Assembly (NCBI GenBank): GCA_964016885.1
Contig: OZ024740.1
Location: 102,238,001 to 102,302,000, forward strand
From: Eledone cirrhosa
Taxonomy: Eukaryota
DNA length: 64,000 bases
Reading direction: 5' to 3'
The notes beneath the pieces were generated by a model that searched no databases, was not told the origin of the DNA, and saw only the letters and a list, made by a program, of their open reading frames with translations. The translations under genes and the position numbers were made by a program. This document shows, in pieces, positions 23,813 through 37,023 of the stretch. Each line of letters starts with the position of its first letter. The stretch's first letter is position 1.

Positions 23813-25979
23813 GCATATATGTGTGTGTGTATGCATATATATATATATATATATATATTTGTGTTTGTGGTTTACTATTTATATTTAGTAAACCATAAGT
23901 TAGTGATTCAATAAAAATAGATCAATAGAATAATTACCAAACTTTTAAAAATATGTACTAGGTTTGGTATGCTTGACTAAATACCTTCTAGAATGACCAC
24001 AGACTGATAACTGAAACCAATAAAAGAAATAAAAGGAAAATATAGTCATAAGGTTCAAGATTACTGCACTGATGATGAAGTGAGAAAGGTGATGGTGAAA
24101 TTTAAATAGAATGAAGAATATCTAACTCTTCAAATATGCAAATGAAAAATAAAAAGAAAGAAATTCACTGCCTTAGTAGCCTAGGCATAAAAGCTATAGA
24201 CTGCTTTGATAATTCCCTGAAATTAATAGGTAAATTCTGTTGAATGTAAGATCTAATTAAGTTTTGGTTTTGCACCAGTGATAGCAGAATATGCAACGGT
24301 CAGAACGTCTGACAGAAGTTTAGGGAGCTGCTTATTTTTATTGATAAAAGGATTCTTTTTTGTTTTTCTTTTTCGTTTATTCAATTATGTTTTCTTTCTC
24401 AGCATGATAATGTTATATAACAGGGGAAGATGGCATTAAGAATGAAAGATTAACAGATGCTAGAAATGAATATGTTCTGTTGAGAAAGCTGAACATAAAA
24501 GAGAGTTGGTCAGGGCATGCAGAAGAATCAATTGCATTGGTTTGGATGAGTAAAACGTCTGTTTGAAACTAACAGAACAAAAAATGTTATCATTTCATAG
24601 TTTTTGTGATCCCAGTGGACATATTTGATAATTAAGTAAAGCAGTAGAATCTGGAGAAACCAGTGATGTTATGTAGCATCAGAACATAATAGTAATAATT
24701 CAAACAGTCAAATAATCAACAGCATGACTTTGGTTTTGTTTAGCTAAAATATAGGTGGCAAATTTGCAGAGTTGTTAGAACGTATGACAAAATACTATGA
24801 TGTATAAAATGTAGGAAGCTTATGAGCGGGAAATACCTGCAATTACAGTCAGTTACTATAAAATAGCTTATAAAAATCTGATAAAGACTCTTAGAGATGG
24901 AAAAAGTGTTGTCAGCAACCACTGCAAATAATCAATCTCCTTTTCTCCTGTACTTGTTCTTCCTTTTCATTCTTAGTTCAAATTCCCTAAGGCCAACTTT
25001 GCATTTCATCATTTTAGGGTCAATAGAATAAAGTACCAGACGAGTGATTGGTGGAATTGATAGACCCTCAGGCAAAATTCCATGCAATATTTATGCTAGC
25101 TATATATGTTCTGAGTTCTTGCATGGTAAATTTAATCTGTTTCTTAGTTTAACACCACTACCTAGCCCTTGGGACTCTTTAGCAGAGCGCTCTCCCCAAG
25201 GATCGTAGACCCTTCCCTTCCCTCCTTGACAGAATAAAAATTGGTGTGGAGTTATAGCTTTGTAAAATTACTACACTTCAATTTCAGTCTGTATTTTAAT
25301 AAGGCTCAAATATGCATTAGTCATATGATAATATCTAAGGCATAGTTGAGACTTATTGAGTAGCTCACCATAATTGGAGTGCAGAAATCTTACAATTATA
25401 TAAAACTCATATTAGCTAAATAAAATTAATATAAGAATTAGATTAATGATGAAGAAATTTTCAAGAATAATTTTATAAATGTGGCAAGAAAAGACAGAAA
25501 ATTAATAATTAGCACAAAGATTAAAATATATTTTGCACCCCAGAGCAACAAAGAAATTCTCATTAATTTAACTATTCATCATTTTTTCCTTACATTCTAA
25601 ATATTTGGTATTACAGTTTTTCCTTCATACCATTTTTGCTAGAATTGCAATCTGTAAATTAGACTTAGTTTACAATATAGGTCAAAGAAGTTTGAAGCAA
25701 TAAGTAAGAAATGTAAGTTTCTGGTTGCAAGTCTGCTGAAGGAAATGATACATTGGTTGCATTAATAAAGTTTAAGGTGCAGTACCACTTGAAACTTGTA
25801 TTAAGACTTAATTATTCACTGCTAACTGTAGAAATTACTTCTAAAATACTACGAGCAATAAAATTCCTTCCATGTTTCTTCAAAATTATTTAGTAATAGC
25901 TATCAGTGGAAAAATGTCATTGTAACTTTCTCATACATAGCAAATACTCTGCTGCATTTACTAATATTTATATATTTAG

Positions 25980-26175
25980 TAGAATCATTAGAATTTTGGA
26001 CAAAATGCTTTGTGGTATTTAGTTATGACCCTTTATGTTCTGAGTTCAACCCCTTCCAAAGTCAAACTTTGCCTTTCACACCCTTCATGGGGTGAGAGAA
26101 TAAAGTACTAGTCAATTTAATCAATTATACCTTCCCCACAAACTGTATGGCCCTATGCCAAAGTTAAAATTCAAT
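25980..26175 (+). mobile_element. Degraded SINE (family A-related)
   Basis: TTCTGAGTTCAA, CTTTGCCTTTCA and AATAAAGTAC blocks. Confidence 0.6.
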
Positions 26176-27319
26176 ATTTAGACATTTGATTTCTTAATCA
26201 ATTGAACAGGAGAGGTATTTCAACTAATTTTCTAAGGATATTTTTTCTGTCCCTCAGTACTGAATCTAAAATTCATTTACAAACTTATATAAATTTAACA
26301 TTGTTTCTACCATATTTCTAACAGAATACACTGCCTATGATTTTCAAATACTTTTGAAAATAATCAAATATTTGGAGAGATTTAGTAATATAACTAACTT
26401 TCTTATTATTAAGCTGGTGTTTGGAACATATCAAAATTTCATACATAGTTATTATGATGTAAGTTGTTTTAGCTAAATATAAATACTTGCTCGGAAGGTA
26501 AATGGATGTTAAATGATAATGATGATGATTACAACAGTGATGTCAATGATAATGCTGACAATCACAATAACTATAAAACAGTTTCATAATCGAAGCTTAA
26601 AGTTTTCAGGCCATTTGATATTAAAATGGTTAAAATGCCTGGATTTCTTTTCTTACACAAACAAATAAGTGAAATATTTCAACTTATTTCCTGAGTTTAA
26701 TATCTTTTGAATCTTAGTTCTTAATCTGCAATTCAATAGCAAACTTACTCATAGAAATTCATATAAATTTAAATATCTTAATCAAGAACTTGTAAGATGT
26801 CACACTATCTATTCATCCATTGCTTTGTCTATTTCCATTCAAATTTACAAATACTAGAAGGAAGTAAAAAACAAAAAGCATCTCATATATAGATGATTTA
26901 TACTGTCATAAGACAAGAAATATAACTTTGTGATTGCTTGAAAACTGATAGAAATAGAAGCCAAATATACCTCAAATCACGCCCTAATGTTTTCAATATA
27001 TATCCAACCCACACTATAAAGTGGTTGTGTTGGTGCCATGATAAAATATATCCAGCCCACACTGTAAAGTGGTAGTGTTGGAGCCAATGAAAGGGCACAT
27101 TAGATAATGTCCTACATATGAGTAAAAAGCCAAGGTTGCCAGCTGGAATGACTTTGATCATAGATTTACTCAATCAAGATTGACCTGGGGTTAAACAACC
27201 ACAGTAACTATCAAAATTGATAGACCATAAATTTTTATGAATAGTTAAAAATGTATTGATACCTAAATGCTTAATTTGATGCAATTCTCATAGCTCTTTA
27301 GGTATATATCTTCACTGTC

Positions 27320-27500
27320 ATCATCATCATCGTTTAACATCTATTTTCCATACTTGCATGGCCTAGATGGCTGTCATGTGCTGAACCCTGACCAGTCAGA
27401 TGACTAGATCCTGCTAGTAATTGTTGTTTTGACTTGGTTTCTACAGCTAGATGCCCTCCTTAATTTCAACCACTATACTGCGTGTACTGGGAGCATTTTA
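27320..27500 (-). mobile_element. Old RTE 3'UTR remnant
   Basis: (CAT)n CGTTTAAC.. and CTACAGCTAGATGCCCTCCT motif. Confidence 0.65.
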
Positions 27501-28013
27501 TTGTGATTCCAGCATTATCACCCGACAGGGATAACTGGGTGCTTATTGTAGCACAAGCATCACCTCATCAAAGTACTATGGTGTTCAGTGTCCTTGGTCT
27601 TGTTGGAGTGCATTAGTGGGGGTTTCAACTGGAGTACAGAGATTGCACTGCCTGTTGGATCAGGTCATTGAGGCAGCCTAGAAGCAAGTGGATGGTATCA
27701 GACATATTGTGGGGTGGGCCTAACTTCCTTTGATGGTATAAAAGGGATCACGTATGTGCTGCTTGAGATGGTGATGGGGTACTGGATCATACAGGTAGTA
27801 TTGGAGCAATTATTTTTTATGGGTTGAGAAAATGCTGGTAGTGCAAGGACTCAACAGGAAAGGTTCATCTTAGCTTTCATGCTTGCATGTTGGGCAAATG
27901 AGTCAAGATTATACTAGCAGGTGAGGACCTGAGCATATACTGCTGTTCGTTTATGCTTCTGCTTGCACATAACACAGCTGCAAATTACATCCAGACAAGA
28001 TTTGAACTATTAA

Positions 28014-28251
28014 CCCTTTAGACATCAATCTGCCTCATATCACTCCTGGTTCTATGTTTTTAAGCTGTTTATTTTAAAGTGTTTATACTTTCTAAAATCT
28101 TCTATCATATTTCTATGTAAGAACACTTAAGTTATATTCAAAACACTATATTAATAATCAGAAAGTTAGTTATATTACTAAGTCCACCCAAAACTAATTA
28201 TTTACAAAATAATAGGCAGTCTCTTTCATTATGAATATGGTAATGAAAGGG
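28014..28251. mobile_element. piggyBac-type MITE
   Basis: TTAA|CCCTTT...AAAGGG|TTAA termini (TTAA at 28010-28013 and 28252-28255); related partial copies near 11185-11400, 26330-26635, 43290-43390, 44590-44780, 59260-59395. Confidence 0.65.
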
Positions 28252-28584
28252 TTAAAACATCTGATTTGTTTATGTATTCATCAACAACACCTAGGTTACA
28301 TGAAATGTAAAACTATTTTTAATTCTGAAATAAAATGTTAAAGAAAAATAACCTGACCTTGATCAAAAGTAAAAGAACAAAGAAATGGTTAGACCAGAGA
28401 CAGCAATCATGTGTTTTGGTTTGTATCAGTAAAAAAATCAGTTAAATAAAATTGGTTTGATTTCTTATCGTTGTTTAGTCTCAAATCAGAGATCCTGCAC
28501 TGAGAAGACCTATGATCAAAGGCATTCCACTTACTCTCAGATCTTGAATAATCGATCCCCCTCCCATTTATTAATTTTTCAGAC

Positions 28585-28731
28585 CAACATAACTTTGCAT
28601 TGAAGGGGGCGGTGTGGATGGGGTGGGACGGAGGTGTATTTTGTTAGAGATGCCTACTGACTAGTAGGTTTTACTTTGTATTTAGGTAATACAAAGTAAA
28701 ACCTACTAGTCAGTAGGCATCTCTAACAAAA
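28585..28731 (-). mobile_element. RTE 3'UTR fragment ending in a perfect 44-bp fold-back
   Basis: Homologous to 18395-18511; arms 28639-28682 and 28688-28731. Confidence 0.85.
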
Positions 28732-28780
<49 letters not shown>

Positions 28781-28811
28781 GTATATATATATATATATAT
28801 ATATGTGTATA

Positions 28812-29302
28812 TGATAATAAGGACGCTGCGGAGTTGCAAATGGGTTACATATGGAAAAAGTTTGTCCTTCATCAGTGGTCTTCCAACCATCATAGGCATT
28901 TCATCGCTTTAAAGACCATATACCTCCGGTTGGTGCGAGCAACGGTTAAAAAAAGTCGTTGGGACACGTAAATAAAGGGGACGCGAGGGTAAACAAACAA
29001 AATGGTGAAGCAACAGAAAGTGATGAAGAAAGAGACAAGTCCCAGATTTCTATGAATTTAAATTCGGTGAAATCGGGAACAAGAGAATAAAGACCATCAA
29101 ACCTGGTTGAAATGTGAGCAAGGAAGGAATTTCGCACAGGTCTAACGGGAGGAAGAAGGGGTCTAGTCTGCGAATTCAGTAAACATAAGTTCTGTGAAAT
29201 CGTAGACGAGAGAGAGAGAGAGAGAGAGAAAAAAATTCATACCAGCTTGGCCAAGAGTGCGCGAGAAAAGAATTACACACAGGTCAAACGGGAAGAAAGA
29301 GG
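28812..29302 (-). mobile_element. Non-coding, (TA)n-flanked PLE-UTR-like insert carrying a permuted hammerhead
   Basis: CpG-retaining insert between two (TA)n arrays; pyrimidine-rich on the minus strand; same layout as 5431-6052. Confidence 0.5.
28863..28966 (-). ncRNA. Non-circularly permuted hammerhead ribozyme, copy 2 (intact core)
   Basis: Minus strand UGUCC CAACG..CGUUG C UCGC A CCAACC GG AGGUAU A UGGUCUU UAAA GCGA U GAA AUGCCU AUGAU GGUUGG AAGACCA CUGAUGA A GGACA; stem III 6 bp, stem I 7 bp, AUA triplet. Confidence 0.8.
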
Positions 29303-29937
<635 letters not shown>

Positions 29938-31283
29938 CTAGCAGATTTACCCGGCGTTGCCCGGGGTTTGAAATTATGCTAAGAATATACAGCTAGGAAG
30001 TAAAAGAAGAAAATTATTTGTCCCCAACCTGTCAAAATAAGCAGAAGTCTTCAATAAGTAATGCAAACAAATATTTAGTGCAATCTTTGTACACATAAAA
30101 CTATGCTGATAATGAAGGAAATCACTGAACAGGATGTATTTATACAAAGGATTAAAGACAATACACGTTGCAAATCTGTAAAAAAAACAGGCACTTTTGC
30201 TAAAGTACAAAAAGTTGTAATGAAAGCAGTGTTGTATACAAACAAAATAACAATGAGAGTAGAATAAGAGAAAATCTATTCTTTGAGAGCATCCTTTGCT
30301 GTGTATGTTTAAATTGTGAACTTATAATCCAAAATATCCTGGATGACATATTCATTGGTATGTTTTGTAATGAGTAAGGTGAAGTCAAGGCAGAGCTGTA
30401 ATAAGTGTTTTTGTTAACACTAAAGCACTTCAGGACAGACGATATTCTTTGTTTTTCTTTTCGGAACAAACGCAAAGAGATTATCTCTACTGTGAACTGG
30501 TGAGCAGGCAACGTAGAATTGTCCATGCGAAAAGCAAGGTTCATCCAAGTGAATTCCAGCGACGGACAGAGTTTGACCTTGCAACTTGTTTATGGACATC
30601 GCAAAGGCAACACAAAGGGGAAATTGGGTTCGGCGAAAGGAGTAGGTAGTATCCACGCCTGATGTAGTCAGGCTAATTTTTGTTATTATCACATCCTCGC
30701 CTGTTCCACATCCGGATAGAATGGTAGCGTCAATACTAAATGGAGACAGTTTTTTAACCACAAGGCGTCTACTATTGCATAGTTTTGGAGGAGTGATATT
30801 TCTCAGCAAAATAACTGGCGTTCCCTCTTTCAGAACCAATGTATTAGGAGGTAAACCGGCAGGATTTAAAGAATTTAGAAATTCAACTGGATAATTGACC
30901 GCATCCTGTGGATCACATACAGTATCAATAGATATATATATATCCGTGGGCATCCAGGAAGAAGCTGAAGAAGCTGATCGTTAATACAGCTAACCGTGAT
31001 ATTTTTGGGTGCAAGAATGGCTCTTTCGTATAGCCAATCAAGATTCGTATAGTTATCACGCAAGTTCGGGAATACACTCGCCTTGAGATCATCGACAGTT
31101 TCATCTACATTGCTGATGTGATCAATTGCTATGTGTCCATCTGTATCCGGAGGTAGGTTACCATCTCCTATTGTAAGAATGTCTCCAGAAAATGTTGATG
31201 ACAGAGGGTCCCCATGCAATCTTGCACGCATGTTGGTAGTTAGTCTTAATGAGGTCACTTGTCGCCACAATGGCTCTTCAGTA
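29938..31283 (-). mobile_element. Helitron 3' portion
   Basis: Pif1-type helicase C-terminus, subterminal hairpin CCCGGGCAACGCCGGG (29950-29965), terminal CTAG (29938-29941) followed by T. Confidence 0.92.
30420..31270 (-). pseudogene. Helitron Pif1-like helicase C-terminal half (frameshifted)
   Basis: LTTNMR, AILAPKN, YPVEFLNSL, LLRN, RRTQFPL, AMSINKLQGQTL, FSHGQFYVACS, TKNIV motifs. Confidence 0.92.
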
Positions 31284-32812
31284 GGTTAACAATACGTGTG
31301 GTTATAGTGTGACCTACAGACCCAGATGCCTTCAGCATCTCGGCAGCTATACCCGATGGACCGGTTGCCTTCCCCATCTTCATATCTTTGATTGCCTTAC
31401 TTACTACGTTGCTGCTGACTTGTACTGCTGGCCCCTCTATAGGGTCTACTTGGGGTAGGGTCTCTTCTTCCCATGCATTCTCCTCATTTAGTAATCTATC
31501 ATAATGGCTCTTCCATGCATCTTTCTTCTCAGCACTTGTGAGGGCAAGCTCACCTTTATCATTCTGGATACACTTCTCTCCAATTGCATCGCAACTCTCT
31601 CTGACACACTGCCTCGCAATCTTGAACACCTCCTGTTTCTGGTCCTCACGTTGCAAAACATGCTTGAATTTTCTATCCTCTGCTTCCCTCCTAGCTAAGT
31701 ATACTTGTCGCCTAGCTTCCCTCTTGGTCTCTAGGTAATGTACCCTACTCCCCCCGTTCTTCCATTCTTTCCATGCCTGTCTCTTGGCCTTAACTGCCTC
31801 ATCTACCTTATTGTTCCACCACCAAGTCACTCTCCTCCTGCTTGAGGTCTTACTCCAACCACAGACCTCATCCGTCGCCTCCAGTAAGTTATTTTAGGAA
31901 CTCCCAGTTCTCTTCTACATTGAATGTCTCTATCTGTTCTTCTTTACTGTCGTAGGCGTTGAGTAAAATATCTTTAAATCTGTTACTGGTTGAGGTGTCT
32001 TTCAGCTTCCAGATCTTTCTTCTCCAGGTTGGCCTCTTTTTCCAGGTTCATCTAGTTCTGACTGTGAGGTCGCTGACAACTAAGCTATGTTGGGATGTAC
32101 ATTCCTCACTAGAGAAGGCTTTTGTGTTTATGACCGTCCATCTGTCATGCCCTCTGATGAGGATAAAATCTATCTGACTAGAGTGCTCCCCTGATCTATA
32201 GGTGATCAGGTGGTTGTCGGGTTTTTTAAAGTTTGTGTTACATATCAACATGTCATTGGTGTCGCAGAATTCTAGAAGTCTGAATCCTTCCTCATTTCTT
32301 GTGCCAACCCCATGGCCTCCATGTACTCTATTGAAGCCGTCGCAGTGTTTATCTACGTGTCCGTTAAAATCTCCTGCGATGATTAGGAAGTCATTGTCGT
32401 CTGTTAGAGCAGTAGTGTGCATTAGGGACTCGTAAAACCTATCCTTAAGTTCGTCTGGCAGCCCCGATTGGGGTGCGTAAGCTGATATTATTGTGGTAAT
32501 TGTTTTATTCAGGACTAGTCTGAGTTTAATGATTCTTGCATTTACCCTGTACACTGAGATTACTTTATCTACCCACTTGTCAGCTAGTAGTATACCTACA
32601 ACACCCATCCCATCGTCATTTCCCACCCAGAAAAATTTGTAGCACCAACTTTTTCCTACAAAGACTCTAGCAGACTCTCCTCTCCATCTAGTCGCTTGCA
32701 CACAGCATACATCAATTTCCTTTCGCTCTAGCATTTCTACGATTTCTCCTGCTCTTCCTTTCATTGAGCCTACATTGATGGTACCAACTCGGAGTTTGGG
32801 CATTTGTCGACA
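31284..32812 (-). mobile_element. 5' half of RTE LINE (AP endonuclease + linker), 3'-truncated
   Basis: ORFs 32048-32803 and 31255-31830; 31284-31680 is nearly identical to 21501-21897. Confidence 0.93.
32048..32803 (-). pseudogene. Apurinic-like endonuclease domain of RTE
   Basis: GTINV, CVQ(A)TRW (conserved E lost), YAPQ, GDFNGH, QIDFIL, SQH motifs. Confidence 0.9.
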
Positions 32813-32875
32813 CTATATACATATATATATATGTATGTATATATATGCGTATATATATATATATATATGTGTGTA

Positions 32876-32970
<95 letters not shown>

Positions 32971-32971
32971 T

Positions 32972-33002
<31 letters not shown>

Positions 33003-33052
33003 GTATGTATATATATATATAGAGAGAGAGAGAGGGAGAGACAGAGAGAGAG
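32813..33052. repeat. (TA)n/(GA)n compound microsatellite
   Basis: Direct observation. Confidence 0.95.
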
Positions 33053-33201
33053 TAAGAAATGTGTTTGTGTGTGTTTGGTACATGTCTGTCTATCTATCTC
33101 TCCAACAGGGGGCCCAAACATGTGGCCCGCGAACTACTTTTCCATGGTCCATGGTCCATGGTAGAACCAATATTTCAGATTCCATTATAACTGGTGAAAA
33201 T

Positions 33202-33415
33202 AAGGCGGTGAGCTGCTGGAATCGTTAGCACATCTGGCGAAATGCTTAGCAGTACTTCTTCCGTTTTTACGTTCCGAGATCAAATTCCGCCGATCTCAAC
33301 TTTGCCTTTCATCTTTTTGGGGTCGATAAATTAAGTACCAGTTGTGAACTGGGATTGATGTAATCGACGGGACCCTAAACCCTAAATTCCATGCCTTGTG
33401 CCTATAGTAGAAATG
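33202..33415 (+). mobile_element. tRNA-derived SINE with 18-bp TSD
   Basis: GGCGGTGAGCTG..GATCAAATTCCGCC..GCCTTTCATC..GGGGTCGATAAA; ATTATAACTGGTGAAAAT at 33184-33201 and 33416-33433. Confidence 0.88.
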
Positions 33416-33823
33416 ATTATAACTGGTGAAAATCATCACCCACCACCACGTTTGACCCACTGTGCCTCTCCTTCAGGACGTAATGGTCCTTTTATGTCCT
33501 TCAGTTTGAGACCCCTCGTCTACACACACACACACCCACACACATATATATATATATATATACACTTTACTTTTTTTTCTGTCTCTGGACTACGCCCGTG
33601 CTGGAGCATCACCTTGGTAAGTTATGGGCACGTCAACAAACCAACAATCATTGGTGGGAGCGCAAACACAAATGCAAAGACACACACTGACATATATATA
33701 TATACAACGTGCTTCTTTTAGTTTTGGTCTATCAAATCCACTCACAGGGCTTTGGTCGGCCCGGGCAGTGGGACTGAACCCAGAAACATGTGGTTGGGAA
33801 GCAAGCTTCTTGTCACACTGACC

Positions 33824-33860
<37 letters not shown>

Positions 33861-34114
33861 CGTGTGTGTGTGTATTACCAAAATTAACAATGAAAATAAA
33901 AAGAACAAAGTCAAGTTACTTTATAACTTTGTTTTTATTTCGTTGTTTTTAGTTTTATTGTTAATTTAATACCTAATATTTGACTCTGCATCTAAAGAAT
34001 TAATCCAGCGAAACACAGAACTTCTCTATGGATTTTACAAGATTACATTGAGTTTTGTCCAGAGGTAGACCAGGCTGAAAAAAGAATATATATATATATA
34101 TATATATGTGTGTG

Positions 34115-34159
<45 letters not shown>

Positions 34160-34322
34160 TAACAGATTAAAGTTTAAGCAAAGAATCGCTGCTTTCACCC
34201 TTAACGGAATCTTCTGAAACTAACAAAGTCAATATTTGCTCTACGGTTCTTATATATTTGATATATATTTATATATATTTATCCTTATATTTATATATAT
34301 TTATATATATTTATCCTTATAT

Positions 34323-35295
34323 TGCGCAGAGGGTTCTATAGAAATAGTGGACAGCTTCCGTTACCTGGGTGACAAAATCAGCAGTGGGCGAGGGTGTTCT
34401 GAAAGTACAGTAGCTAGAGTCAGAACTGGATGGAAAAAGTTCAGAGAGCTTATACCACTATTGGCCGCTAAAGGGTTCTCTCTAAAAATGAAGGGCAGGC
34501 TGTATGATGCCTGCATACGAACAGCAATGTTACATGGCAGTGAGACCTGGGCATTGTGTGCAGAGGATATACGCAGACTAGAGAGGAACAAAGCTTGCAT
34601 GCTCCGCTGGATGTGTAATAGTAATATACGCGAACGGCAAAGCATAAACGAACTAAGGGAAAAATTAGAAATAAGAGGGATCAGATGTTGTTTACTCGAG
34701 AGAAGGCTACGTTGGTATGGTCATGTAATGCGCATGAAAGACGACAGCTGTATAAAAAAAGTGCAGGGCAATAAAGATAGACGGTAGCCACGGAGTAGGC
34801 AGACCCAGAAAAACCTGGGACGACCTGATAAACTCCGACCTCACACACTTACACCTCTCCAAGACAATGTCACTGGACCGAGATCTTTGGCGGCACTCAG
34901 TAATAGAGAAGACACGCCTTACCTAAATACAAAGTAAAACCTACTACAGTCAGTAGGCATCTCTAACAAAATACACCCCCGTCTCACCACCCCCACCCCA
35001 CCCACACCGCCCCTTTCAATGTAAAGTTATGTTGGTGCCACAACATCCAGGCCGAAACAAATGAGATCGTGTAGGTGTCACGACAAAAAACACACAGTCC
35101 ACGCTGTAATGTGGCCGTGTAGGCAACACGGTAAAAACCTCCCAGTTCCACACTGTAAATGTGGTTGGTGTTAGGAAGGGCATCCAGCTGTAGAAAACCC
35201 GCCAGACAGTCCTATGCGAGCAAGACAACCACTCTTGCCTCAAGTGGGAAAACTCCCGTCCAAACCCATGCAAGCGTGGAACATGGACGTTAAAC

Positions 35296-35329
<34 letters not shown>
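34323..35329 (+). mobile_element. 5'-truncated RTE LINE with 14-bp TSD
   Basis: RT C-terminus, 3'UTR, (GAT)n; ATTTATCCTTATAT at 34309-34322 and 35330-35343. Confidence 0.95.
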
Positions 35330-35333
<4 letters not shown>

Positions 35334-35383
35334 ATCCTTATATATTTATCTCTTTGGATTTTAGTCTTCAAATTTATTATTAT

Positions 35384-35441
<58 letters not shown>

Positions 35442-35445
<4 letters not shown>

Positions 35446-36706
35446 AAGCACGGCCTAGAGTCAAAAGGACTTAAAATTAACCTGGCTAAGACCAAAGTTC
35501 TAGTTTGTAGGAAAGAAAACAAGGCGGCGGTCCCTTCTGGGAAATGGTCGTGCTCGGTATGTAGGAAAGGCGTAGGTAGAAACTCCATCTTATGTCCTAA
35601 ATGCAAAGTATGGGTGCATAAAAGATGTAGTGGGATCACAGGTAAGCTAACTAAGAACATAGACTTTACATGTGGCCGGTGTTCTGGTGCAATAAGTAGC
35701 AGCAAGTGCTCACAAAATACTAGTTCTTTCAATTGCGCAGAGTGTTCTATAGAAATAGTGGACAGCTTCCGTTACCTGGGCGATAAAATCAGCAGTGGGG
35801 GAGGGTGCTCTGAAAGTACTGTAGCTAGAGTCAGAACTGGTTGGAAAAAGTTCAGAGAGCTTATACCACTATTAGCTGCTAAAGGGTTCTCCCTAAAAAT
35901 GAAAGGCAGGTTGTACGATGCCTGCATACGAACAGCAATGTTGCATGGTAGTGAGACCTGGGCATTGTGTGCAGAGGATATACGCAGACTAGAGAGGAAC
36001 GAAGCTTGCATGCTCCGCTGGATGTGTAACAGTAATATACGTGAACGGCAAAGCATAAACGAACTAAGGAAAAAATTAGAGATAAGAGGGATCAGATGTT
36101 GTTTACTCGAGAGAAGGCTGCGTTGGTATGGACACGTGATGCGCATGAAAGTCGATAGCTGTATTACAAAGTGCAGGGCAATAAAGATAGACGGTAGCCA
36201 CGGAATAGGCAGACCTAGAAAAACATGGGATGAGCTGATAAACTCCGACCTCACACACTTACACCTCTCCAAGACAATGTCACTGGACCGTGACCTTTGG
36301 CGGTACTCAGTAACAGAGAAGACCCGCCTTGCCAGTAGGCATCTCTAACAAACTACACCCCGTCCCGCCACCACCCCCACCCCATCCACACCACCCCGTT
36401 CTATGTAAAGTTATGTTGGTGCCGCGCCATCCAGGCCGAAACAAATGAGATCGTGTCGGTGTCACGACAAAAAAACACACAGTCCACGCTGTAATGTGGC
36501 CGTGTAGGCAACACGGTAAAAACCTCCCAGACCCACACTGTAAATGTGGTTGGTGTTAGGAAGGGCATCCAACTGTAGAAAACCTGCCAGACAGTCCTAT
36601 GCGAGCAAGACAATCACTCTTGCCTCAAGTGGGACTACCCCCGTCCAAACCCATGCAAGCGTGGAACACGGACGTTAAACGTTGATGATGATGATGATGA
36701 TGATGA
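35442..36706 (+). mobile_element. 5'-truncated RTE LINE
   Basis: ORF to 36348 with zinc finger and RT C-terminus; (GAT)n tail; (TA)n both sides. Confidence 0.95.
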
Positions 36707-37023
36707 TATATATATATATATAAATCTACATACATATATACATACATACATTTACCGATGAATATAGCTATGCATTCATACATTTGTATATATACATGCA
36801 TTTATATTTAAGTGTCTAAGGATGTTGACATGAGTTATGTTTTTTTTTTTGGTAAAGAGAAAATTTTGTCTCCAGATTTTATGACCTAGGGAGATTAAAT
36901 ACAACACCTCTGGCTGAAAGGTGACCAGGTTCTCAAACCTCATCAAACATCAATGCCGGCATGTGTGTGTATATTTGTATATATGTGTATGTATATATGT
37001 ATGTATGTACGTATGTATGTATC

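Noticed and set aside
33106-33133. hAT-like TIR CAGGGGGCCCAAAC
   Set aside because: Too short and no matching partner end could be established.
34183-34222. Minus-strand CAGAAGA..GAAA motif
   Set aside because: Core mismatch and no valid stem III/UH.
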